Virus record (IMG/VR): IMGVR_UViG_3300042894_007079 | Span: 785 to 64,784 of that record | DNA length: 64,000 nucleotides | From: a virus | Lineage: Duplodnaviria > Caudoviricetes | Reading direction: 5' to 3' (one strand) | Shown: positions 53,003 through 61,566 of the stretch, one piece after another | Position numbering within the stretch: the stretch's first letter is position 1 | Layout of the letters: every line of letters starts with the position of its first letter | Notes under the pieces: generated by a model | Told to the model about the DNA's origin: nothing | The model's database searches: none | What the model saw: the letters and a program-made list of their open reading frames with translations, nothing else | Program-made: the position numbers and the translations under genes

Positions 53003-56000
53003 AATATTTTTTTAATTTCTGTAGAACTTATATTTTCTGTTCTTGGAAGATATACAACATCACATGGTAGATTGTCAAATTTACCTTTCCAGTCATCACC
53101 CATAACAAATGTGTTTACTTTGTATTTTCTTATATCATCTACCTTTTGTTCCCAACTTTCTTCAGGTATTACTAAATCTACTTGTTTAATAGATTCTATC
53201 CATTCTTTTCTTTGTTCATAGTTAAATCTACTTATTTTATTTTTTAATAAGTTAAAACTATCGGTTGATATACCTACTATTAAATAATCTCCCATCTTTT
53301 TGGCTCTTTTTATGATTTCCATATGTCCAAAGTGAAAGGTGTCAAAAGTTCCATAAGTTATGATTACTTTTTTATTTAGATTTTCAATCTCCTCTAAATA
53401 ACTTGGTATATTATTTAATTGTAAGTCTTGAATTATTTGAAAATCCTTTCTATCTCTTTCGTCTATAAGACCTTCTCTGTGTTCAAATTCATCTATATCT
53501 AATCTTTTAATTTCGTAGAAACATGGATCTTCAAATCTTAGTGCAATCGAAGAGTTTGCGTATTTTCTATCTACATACTCACATCTAATTGCGTCTTCCC
53601 ATTTTACTCCGTTAGACAGAGAGAATCCTCTATATTCATCATAGAATGAATCCTTATTAATATACTTTTTTTCATCTTTAATGAATACAGTTTCTCCAGT
53701 AAACCACATTGAGAATTTATCATCTCTTGTTCTCAATGAATAAGATGTTATTAGTTTGTTTAGATTTTCTCTATTTGCTATAAAGTCAGCATCCCATTTA
53801 AATATGGTTTTTCTTGTAGATTTACTCAGACAGAAGTTATAATATTGAGCTATACTATTACCCAATATATTTATATTATTTTGATAGTTAGGTCCTGGTT
53901 TTGGTATTTCTCTATCATATCTGAAAACTTTTAAGTTATCATAAATTTTACTTAACTCTAATGCTTTTTCATATGTTCCGTCTGTAGATAAATGGTCTAC
54001 AAAAATAATTTCATCTGCTATATCACTAATACTATCTATACAATCTTGTATATTTAATATTTCATTTCTAGCTCTAATAACAAAGCTTACTCCTTCTTTG
54101 TATCCTCCATAAAGGAAGTCTAAATAATATTTAGCATTTTCAGAGCTTCTATGATACTTTATCCTTTCTATTATTTTATTCTTATCTATTGTATTTTTAT
54201 TTAGAATAGATTTTATTTCATTGACAAACATATCTATCTCAAAATCTTTAAACCTGGAGAATATATAATCATCACTTGAAGGATCAAATGATTTTCTTTG
54301 TTTCATTTCTATTACAGACCCACATCCTGATAGCACCAAAGGTATCTCACCATGTGAAGGATATACACAGTGAATACCTATTGACATTTGCTCAAGTAGT
54401 GATATTGGTAATCCCTCACTTGGAGAAGTATTTATAGCTATATTAAAGCACGACGCGTATTTTATAACATCTTCGTTATTTACATGTCCTGTTATAATTA
54501 CTCTATCTTGTAGGTTGTATTTTTTTATTTCATCTAATACCTCATTTTTATAGGGTTTTGACTCTTCTTTTTCCGGTGCGTCTCCAACAATAAGTAGTTT
54601 AGTGTTATTATCTAATTTGCTCAAAATTTTAATTGCATCTAGAATATTTTTATCAGGAGAAATTCTAGTGATCATTCCAATAATAAATTCGTTATTAAGT
54701 ATTCTAAATTTTCTCTTTAGATTTCTATTATCAAAGTTTTTATAGGAGTCTTGGATTTTATAAAATTCTACATAATTTGGAACTGTTGATATTCTTGTAT
54801 TACATACACCCTTTTTATTTAATTCATTTCTAATTTTGTCATGAATCACAATATATTTGTCTGTTATAATATCATGTTTATAGACTTCATTTGTTACCCA
54901 TTCTATATCAGAGTGCGCTATGGTATAATATTTAAAATTTTTATTTTCTTTTACTTTATGTATGTATTCAGAAATTCCGAAGTAGTTGCAATTATAAACT
55001 ATATCAACATCATTCGTTAATGATTCCAAAACTTCATATACTTTTGATTTATCTATTTCATTTAACTTTGAGTGGTATAGATCGACATCTAATAGTTTAG
55101 TTTTTTCAAAAAACATTCCTTTTCCTGCTGAAATTACAACTACATTGTATCCAAGTTCTTTACAGGCTTTGATGTGTTGATATGATACATATTCAGCGCC
55201 GCCTGTATCGTTTAAGTATATTAGAAATAGAATACTTTTTTTACTGGTCTTGGTCGTTGATTTTTTTACTAACTCTATATGATTTGATTTTATTAGTTTT
55301 TCCAGAGAGTTTGGTGATACTACATCATCAATATTGAAATTGAACGACTCTAAATTCCATTTCATTAATTTTGAATATTCATCCATTGATTTGCTTTGTC
55401 TTATGTCCGATTGAGAGACATCTGAAATTACTATATTTGGATAAATAACAAAACTCTGATTATTTTTTAATTGATATTCGGAAAGAAGATTGTCTATTGA
55501 TTTTCTTTTTGTTTCAAATAGTTCAAGTAAATCATCATAAATGTTTGAATTTATAGCATAAGCAAATGTTCCTAATGTATTTGAGCATTTATAAAAACCA
55601 TTATTAACTTTTACTCCTGTCCAATTAAATTGAGATGCGCCTAAATAAAGTAGTTCCCAGCTTAATTTATTTATTTGAGAAATTCTTTCGTTAAATTCAT
55701 TTGATAAAATCACATCATCCTCAAAAATAAGTATTCTTTTATACTTGGCTGACTTTGCTTCTTTTATGATTTCTATATGAGACATAAGGCAACCAAGTGC
55801 ATACTTATTTTCAATTAAACCTAATTTACTTGAATCAACTTCGGATATTTTTCTATTTGATATTTCGTTGAATTCATCGTCTGTTATGTCATTGCCATCA
55901 ATTCCTAAAAATCTATCTACATTTATATTAAGCTCCTTAAATTGTGTATTTGTTTTTTGCCATTTTTCACTATTTCTTTCCAGATTTAAACAGTAAATTT

Positions 56001-57192
56001 TATCAAAATATGAGTTTATATCAAATTTATTTTGTCCGATTGATTCAAATAATCTTTGAAATTCAGCATCTTCAATAAATCTATCAGTCTTTCTACCATC
56101 CCAATTAGTGTAACTTTTCCCTAAATGAATTATATGGTTTTTAATAGTTTGTTTTTGTGTAAATTTATCTCTAAATAACAAATCTGAAAATGCAGCATTC
56201 TCTGATGTTTCTGGATAGCTAATTGCCTTTGAGTAGTGAAACAGTTGAAAAAATCCTAATCCTCTATCTGATTCGTTTTTTATATGTTTTTTTAGAGAGT
56301 TTACATCTGTCTCCCATTTATATAAGTCATCGTAAGTTTCACACATCCATCTATCTGAAGTATAAAGTGTTTCTGTGTCTAAGTATTCTGTATTTATTCT
56401 GTCCTTTACGATAATATCAGCGTCTATAAGTAAAATGAATCCTGGATCTTTTATTGAATTTATAGCTAAGTTTATGGCTTTTCCTTTATTAAATTTGGCT
56501 CCTTCGTCATACATTATATCTGTTGTGATATAATTAACTTTAAATTTTTCACAAATCATTTGGCACATTTTATCTTCATTACTGGTGACAACAGTAATAT
56601 TATCAAAAGTTTCAATATTCCTTGTGAGTGTCGGTAAAAGAAAGTCATTATAGTTTACAGAGACTATTATTACATTTAGTTTTTTAAATACGTCTAAATT
56701 TTTAGATTTTACTAAATCACCTTTTCTTCTAATATTTTCTAGTTTTAATTCTTTTTCAATCGGATTATTTTTTTTATGAATAGTTCCAAAGTCAATTGTG
56801 GATATTTTAGGATTTTTAAAATGTTCATCAATAACCAAATCTTTACTAATTTTAGTATCTTTATTAATAATAATAAAATCTTTTGTCTTGTAGATAGATG
56901 GTTCTGTCAATAAAAACCTTAAATCTTCATTGAAACCAATTAGTGATTTTTTTGACCAAATTATTTTACTTTGTGATGTGTATTTTTTAGAAATTTCTAA
57001 TAATTGATATTCGTCATATTTTTTTACAAAGTATTTTATTTTTGGATGTTTAGGTAGGTCTTTATTATCACCATCAATGAAGACAAATATTTCAGATATG
57101 TATCCATTATTTGAATTATGGATTAAACAATTTATATGTTCCTGCTTATAACTTAGAAAATCACCAAATGAAATTTTGTTTATTAATAACAT
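52999..57192 (-). CDS. Multidomain glycosyltransferase (GT2 + GT25 + GT4 + GT2) fused to TagD-like cytidylyltransferase
   Basis: IIVSVNY..IDADI; YCLNL..GCLMSH..IFEDD; GGAE..SEGLPISLLE; SFVIRARNE..WDAD; ITYGTFD.FHFGH..RTENISST. Confidence 0.85.
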   Translation of the reverse strand: MLLINKISFGDFLSYKQEHINCLIHNSNNGYISEIFVFIDGDNKDLPKHPKIKYFVKKYDEYQLLEISKKYTSQSKIIWSKKSLIGFNEDLRFLLTEPSIYKTKDFIIINKDTKISKDLVIDEHFKNPKISTIDFGTIHKKNNPIEKELKLENIRRKGDLVKSKNLDVFKKLNVIIVSVNYNDFLLPTLTRNIETFDNITVVTSNEDKMCQMICEKFKVNYITTDIMYDEGAKFNKGKAINLAINSIKDPGFILLIDADIIVKDRINTEYLDTETLYTSDRWMCETYDDLYKWETDVNSLKKHIKNESDRGLGFFQLFHYSKAISYPETSENAAFSDLLFRDKFTQKQTIKNHIIHLGKSYTNWDGRKTDRFIEDAEFQRLFESIGQNKFDINSYFDKIYCLNLERNSEKWQKTNTQFKELNINVDRFLGIDGNDITDDEFNEISNRKISEVDSSKLGLIENKYALGCLMSHIEIIKEAKSAKYKRILIFEDDVILSNEFNERISQINKLSWELLYLGASQFNWTGVKVNNGFYKCSNTLGTFAYAINSNIYDDLLELFETKRKSIDNLLSEYQLKNNQSFVIYPNIVISDVSQSDIRQSKSMDEYSKLMKWNLESFNFNIDDVVSPNSLEKLIKSNHIELVKKSTTKTSKKSILFLIYLNDTGGAEYVSYQHIKACKELGYNVVVISAGKGMFFEKTKLLDVDLYHSKLNEIDKSKVYEVLESLTNDVDIVYNCNYFGISEYIHKVKENKNFKYYTIAHSDIEWVTNEVYKHDIITDKYIVIHDKIRNELNKKGVCNTRISTVPNYVEFYKIQDSYKNFDNRNLKRKFRILNNEFIIGMITRISPDKNILDAIKILSKLDNNTKLLIVGDAPEKEESKPYKNEVLDEIKKYNLQDRVIITGHVNNEDVIKYASCFNIAINTSPSEGLPISLLEQMSIGIHCVYPSHGEIPLVLSGCGSVIEMKQRKSFDPSSDDYIFSRFKDFEIDMFVNEIKSILNKNTIDKNKIIERIKYHRSSENAKYYLDFLYGGYKEGVSFVIRARNEILNIQDCIDSISDIADEIIFVDHLSTDGTYEKALELSKIYDNLKVFRYDREIPKPGPNYQNNINILGNSIAQYYNFCLSKSTRKTIFKWDADFIANRENLNKLITSYSLRTRDDKFSMWFTGETVFIKDEKKYINKDSFYDEYRGFSLSNGVKWEDAIRCEYVDRKYANSSIALRFEDPCFYEIKRLDIDEFEHREGLIDERDRKDFQIIQDLQLNNIPSYLEEIENLNKKVIITYGTFDTFHFGHMEIIKRAKKMGDYLIVGISTDSFNLLKNKISRFNYEQRKEWIESIKQVDLVIPEESWEQKVDDIRKYKVNTFVMGDDWKGKFDNLPCDVVYLPRTENISSTEIKKIL

Positions 57193-57197
57193 ATTTT

Positions 57198-57206
57198 TAT
57201 ATATTA
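57198..57206 (-). promoter_or_regulatory. Putative late promoter for the glycosylation operon
   Basis: TAATATATA on the minus strand 5 nt upstream of the ATG. Confidence 0.6.
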
Positions 57207-57222
57207 TAAAAAACCATTCTCT

Positions 57223-57624
57223 ATGACAAAAATTATAGGACGTACTGAAAAAATTTATTTTCCAAAATTAAACGAAGGTGTGATTTTAGCTAAGGTAGAT
57301 ACTGGAGCTTTTAGTGCGGCTTTACATGTTGATTATGTAAAAATTGAAGATTGTGGTTTAAAAGTTAAAATTGAAAATAACACTTACATATTTAACAAAT
57401 GGTCTGAGTTGGAAGTTAAAAGTTCCAATGGTAAAGTTCAAAAAAGATATGGAGTTAAGCTAAAAATTCAAATTGGTAAAAAGAGATATAATACATTTGT
57501 TTCATTAACAAATAGAAAAGATATGAAATTTAGATTATTAATTGGTAGAAAGTTTCTACATACTAATAATTTTTTAGTTGATGTAAAGAAAAAAAACGTT
57601 TATGGTAGACCTAAAGAAATATAA
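57223..57624 (+). CDS. RimK-associated retropepsin-like aspartic protease
   Basis: IGRTE, AKVDTGA.SAALH, SLTNR..M...LLIGRKFL. Confidence 0.8.
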   Translation: MTKIIGRTEKIYFPKLNEGVILAKVDTGAFSAALHVDYVKIEDCGLKVKIENNTYIFNKWSELEVKSSNGKVQKRYGVKLKIQIGKKRYNTFVSLTNRKDMKFRLLIGRKFLHTNNFLVDVKKKNVYGRPKEI

Positions 57625-58135
57625 CTATTTCACTGGTGATATCAGTGAAGTTGGCTCCGGTGTTGGTCAAATAGTCAATTTTTTTGATTTAGCCGGAAGA
57701 AATTATGTACTTTTTACACCACATAAACCAAGTTCTTCAAGTAAGTATCATGATCTGTGTCTTTATCATTATCTAAATAATAAAATTGAATTTTCAAACT
57801 TTGATGATTTTTTTCAAAAAATAAATGATAAATCAAATCTATTTAGAGTGGACCTTCTTGTTTTTGACTTCTGGTCAATTTCTAAAAATAACATGTGGCA
57901 ATTTATTGATGAAATAGATAAACTAAAAATTGATGCTGTAATTGTGGCAAAAGAATTCCATTATAAAACCGGTGATGATGTGAATGAATTTCATATTAGA
58001 AAGGAATATAAAGACTTACACAAAGTTGATACTTGGATTACTGATAGAATAAATAATTCAACATCTACAATAGAATCTTTAAAGTTGGCTTACATAAGAG
58101 ATAAAAAGTTACAACACTTATTTGACAATGAATAA
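57602..58135 (+). CDS. Hypothetical protein
   Basis: Coupled ORF; C-terminal IRDKKLQHLF motif. Confidence 0.55.
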   Translation: MVDLKKYNYFTGDISEVGSGVGQIVNFFDLAGRNYVLFTPHKPSSSSKYHDLCLYHYLNNKIEFSNFDDFFQKINDKSNLFRVDLLVFDFWSISKNNMWQFIDEIDKLKIDAVIVAKEFHYKTGDDVNEFHIRKEYKDLHKVDTWITDRINNSTSTIESLKLAYIRDKKLQHLFDNE

Positions 58136-58149
58136 AAAAAATATAACAG

Positions 58150-58941
58150 ATGAATATAAAAGAGAAATTTTTGCAACTAACAAGCAAAACATACCCACAC
58201 GGTACCGAAGGGGATTTATTAAAATACTTACCGGAAAATTATAAAGAAGATGAGTTTGGTAATTACTATTTTGAAATCGGTAATCGTGCTACTACTATGT
58301 TTACTTGTCACCTCGATACTGCAGATCGTAAACAAGAAAAGGTAAAACATATAATTGATGGAAATATAATTAAATCTGACGGTCATACAATATTAGGTGC
58401 TGATGATAAAGCTGGAATGACAGTTTTACTTTATATGATTGAAAAAAAGATACCGGGTCTTTATTACTTTTTTGTTGGTGAAGAAAGAGGTTGTGTTGGT
58501 TCTTCAAAGCTTTCTAATAATTGGTTTGAGACTGAATTTTCAAATTACATAACTAAGTGTGTATCTTTTGACCGTCGAGGAACAGGTTCTATTATTACTG
58601 ATCAATTATATGGTGAGTGTTGTTCAAATGAATTTGCAATTGAATTGTCAAAAAGATTAAATGCGGTTGACGTAGACTTTTCGTATAGACCAGATCCTAC
58701 CGGAATTTATACAGATTCCGCACAGTTTACCAATTTAATTTCAGAGTGTACTAACATTTCTGTTGGTTATTATAATGAACATTCTGTTTCCGAAAGGCAA
58801 GATATTTTACACCTAAATAAATTATGTGAAGCTGTTTGTAAAATTGATTGGGAGGATTTACCCATTGTTGGAGTTGCTAAAAAATCTCATGGTTGGGATG
58901 ACTATGATGATTATCCGGTGAATACTAAATTTGAGGGTTGA
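58150..58941 (+). CDS. M28/M20-clan zinc peptidase (paralog of 24870-26396)
   Basis: TYPHG, CHLDTADR, LGADDKAG, GEERG, YTDSA, VGYYNEH. Confidence 0.8.
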   Translation: MNIKEKFLQLTSKTYPHGTEGDLLKYLPENYKEDEFGNYYFEIGNRATTMFTCHLDTADRKQEKVKHIIDGNIIKSDGHTILGADDKAGMTVLLYMIEKKIPGLYYFFVGEERGCVGSSKLSNNWFETEFSNYITKCVSFDRRGTGSIITDQLYGECCSNEFAIELSKRLNAVDVDFSYRPDPTGIYTDSAQFTNLISECTNISVGYYNEHSVSERQDILHLNKLCEAVCKIDWEDLPIVGVAKKSHGWDDYDDYPVNTKFEG

Positions 58942-59080
58942 TGAAACCTGGTTGACTTGTAACAATCAACATTTGACCAGTTGTTAGTTCATTGAAGTTC
59001 CAATTTTTTTCTTTACAGAACTTAACAATAAATTTTTCTCTTAATAAGTCTTTTTCTTGTTTGGTTAATTTCTTTTTCAT
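58925..59080 (-). CDS. Small 51-aa protein not in the ORF track
   Basis: ATG at 59080, MKKKLTKQEKDLLREKFIVKFCKEKNW...NPQI*; starts 2 nt after the upstream minus-strand gene ends. Confidence 0.55.
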   Translation of the reverse strand: MKKKLTKQEKDLLREKFIVKFCKEKNWNFNELTTGQMLIVTSQPGFINPQI

Positions 59081-59082
59081 AA

Positions 59083-59484
59083 TTACATAAAAAATAAGTA
59101 GATAAATATTTGTAAAGTTATACCTAAAATTATCATAGGTTCTCTAATATCTGTATTTTTTTCTTTGATTTGAATTTCTTGTTCGGATTTTGTTTTTTCA
59201 ATTTTATTTACGGTGCAACTATATGATAATTTATGTAAGAAATGAAACATAAATATTTGACCTATAATAAATGGAATTGCAATCAAACCAATTGTGTGTA
59301 ACATTATACCACCTGTTGCGAAAAGTACTAGTAATCTTTGAATAAGAAACATTCTTTTGAAATTATAACCTAATTTGTTTCTGTATGTGTTTCTATAATG
59401 ATTAAAAAAACCTTCTCTAACACCTTCGGTCAAACAATAGAACATCCAAATTAAATTTGATACAGTAATTACCACAAAATCCAT
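59083..59484 (-). CDS. Membrane protein
   Basis: Several TM segments; late promoter at 59504-59512. Confidence 0.55.
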   Translation of the reverse strand: MDFVVITVSNLIWMFYCLTEGVREGFFNHYRNTYRNKLGYNFKRMFLIQRLLVLFATGGIMLHTIGLIAIPFIIGQIFMFHFLHKLSYSCTVNKIEKTKSEQEIQIKEKNTDIREPMIILGITLQIFIYLFFM

Positions 59485-59499
59485 ATATTAATCTAATTT

Positions 59500-59531
59500 T
59501 TTGTATATATTAAAATAAAAATGTATATTTG
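59500..59531 (+). promoter_or_regulatory. Bacteroidota-type promoter (TTTG-N20-TATATTTG)
   Basis: Matches the -33/-7 consensus; implies a start at ATG 59536 or later. Confidence 0.6.
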
Positions 59532-59535
59532 CGAC

Positions 59536-60003
59536 ATGTTTGAGATGAAAGGTACTTTAGTATTTAATCCTATCAATGTGACTAAAAAGCACAATGCTCA
59601 ATCCGCGTGGAAAAAAGTAGCTATTGTAAAATTTGATTGTGACTTATATGAGTATTACTCTTGGTTTCTAAAGAAAAGGTTTAATTTATTTTTAAATAAA
59701 CCACTTAGAGGTACTCACTTAACATTCATCAATGATATTGTTGATGATGAAGTTTACTTACAAGCTAAAGAATTATTTGATGGTAAACAAGTCACTGTTG
59801 TATATGATCCAACTATTGTTCGTTCTAATAAAAAAGGACACTGGTGGTTAAAAGCTGAGTCTTTAGATTGTGTTAATATCAGAACATCTATGGGTTTGGG
59901 CGATCCTTATTTTGGTTATCACATTACTATAGGATTAGCAACTCACTTGCAATTAGAACACTCTAAATATATCACTGAACAATGTATAAAATTTGATCTA
60001 TAA
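59536..60003 (+). CDS. 2H phosphoesterase family protein
   Basis: Two HxT motifs: THLTF and YHITI. Confidence 0.65.
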   Translation: MFEMKGTLVFNPINVTKKHNAQSAWKKVAIVKFDCDLYEYYSWFLKKRFNLFLNKPLRGTHLTFINDIVDDEVYLQAKELFDGKQVTVVYDPTIVRSNKKGHWWLKAESLDCVNIRTSMGLGDPYFGYHITIGLATHLQLEHSKYITEQCIKFDL

Positions 60004-60008
60004 AAAAT

Positions 60009-60341
60009 ATGAACTATCACGATGTTAAAAATCAAGAGTTAAAAAACACAAAAGACTTCTCTGATAAAAAATTAGAAAGGTATATAAAAGCACACAAAGT
60101 GCTTCTCAATTTATCATCAGAGTTTTTCTTTTGGTTTCTATCGTTTGTTGTTTTTATGTTATATCCCATTTTTCTAGATAATACTACAGGAGTGTATCTA
60201 TTTTTCTTAGTATCACATCTTTTTTACTGGAGGTGGTTAGGTCTTAAATGGTACAATAAGGAAATGACTAGTTTTGTAGACGAGTTGGAATTAACTATAG
60301 AAGTTTTAAAAGACATACAAACAGAAAGAATTAAAAATTAA
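60009..60341 (+). CDS. Small membrane protein
   Basis: Two TM segments. Confidence 0.5.
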   Translation: MNYHDVKNQELKNTKDFSDKKLERYIKAHKVLLNLSSEFFFWFLSFVVFMLYPIFLDNTTGVYLFFLVSHLFYWRWLGLKWYNKEMTSFVDELELTIEVLKDIQTERIKN

Positions 60342-60357
60342 TTGAATAGATTATTAA

Positions 60358-60708
60358 ATGGATGATTTTTTTGACAGTTTTAAGGGAAAACCAAAACACG
60401 ATCATAAAGTCAGAGTAGTTCATTTTAAAAAAGAACCTTTTGATATTTATATTGGTCGTCTTCCTGGTGGAAAATATAACAAATGGGCTTATCCTAAAGA
60501 ACTTCGTGATACTTTTCCAGACGGAACGCCGAGAAAAACAATTGTAGATGCTTATGAACAGTATCTTCTTTCTAATGAAGAATTAATGAATGATTTACAT
60601 GAATTAAAAGATAAAACACTCGGATGTTGGTGTAAAAATTTAGGCGGTGGTGGTAAATCTTGTCATGGTGATATACTTGTTAAATGGGTAAAGAAAACTT
60701 GTAACTAA
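60358..60708 (+). CDS. DUF4326-like protein
   Basis: IYIGR, LKDKTLGCWC, CHGDIL. Confidence 0.75.
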   Translation: MDDFFDSFKGKPKHDHKVRVVHFKKEPFDIYIGRLPGGKYNKWAYPKELRDTFPDGTPRKTIVDAYEQYLLSNEELMNDLHELKDKTLGCWCKNLGGGGKSCHGDILVKWVKKTCN

Positions 60709-60741
60709 AATTTGATATAATCATTATCAAATTTATATCAA

Positions 60742-61566
60742 ATGCCTGAACTAGCGGAATTAAAAATCATGGCTGATTATATTAATCAGAATGTAAAGGA
60801 TAAAACCTTCAAAAAAATATATCACGTTGAAAAGGGTAATAATGCTATTGACTCTAATCTAATTGAAAACTTCAAAGTTGAATCTGTTTCTAATGGTAAA
60901 GAGTTAATATTAAGAGCCTATCATGATGATGCCGAACTTAAAATCTCAATATTTATGGGAATGTCTGGTAATTGGTTATTCACACCGACTGAAACTTGGT
61001 CTGATAGAAAGTTTACTAGATTAAGACTGGATACTACTGATGGTAACTCACTACTTCTTTATGGTCTTTATATGGGTCCTAAATATCGAGTAGGTGGTTT
61101 TACTGGTGTTAAAAGAGGCTTTGATCCAACTAAAGAATTTGATAACTTCAAAAAAGAAGTTATCTCTAATTTAGATAAAAAAGTATTTGACAAGCCTATT
61201 TGTGAGGCTTTATTAGACCAAAAATACTTTAATGGTATTGGTAACTATCTCAGAAGTACCATTTTATACTATCTTGATGTAAATCCATTTGAAGAAGCCA
61301 GAAAAATAATTAAATCATATCCACAAATTTTAGATATGTGTAAAGACATTCCACTAAAAGCTTATAGTCTCAATGGTGGTCAGTTACAAGATTGGAAAAA
61401 TCCTTTTGATACTGATTATTTTGATTTTCAAGAATGGGTCTTTTATCAAAAAGGTGTCTATTGTAAAGATAAAACCGGAAGAACATTCTGGTTTAGTGAA
61501 AAATGGATCGATAAGTGTCCATATGATGTTAATCAAAAAAAATTATCTATAGTTTATGAAAAATAA
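60742..61566 (+). CDS. nei: Fpg/Nei DNA glycosylase, NEIL1-like
   Basis: MPELAE, GMSG, H2TH ICEALLDQKYFNGIGNYLR, zincless finger DKTGRTFWF. Confidence 0.85.
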   Translation: MPELAELKIMADYINQNVKDKTFKKIYHVEKGNNAIDSNLIENFKVESVSNGKELILRAYHDDAELKISIFMGMSGNWLFTPTETWSDRKFTRLRLDTTDGNSLLLYGLYMGPKYRVGGFTGVKRGFDPTKEFDNFKKEVISNLDKKVFDKPICEALLDQKYFNGIGNYLRSTILYYLDVNPFEEARKIIKSYPQILDMCKDIPLKAYSLNGGQLQDWKNPFDTDYFDFQEWVFYQKGVYCKDKTGRTFWFSEKWIDKCPYDVNQKKLSIVYEK

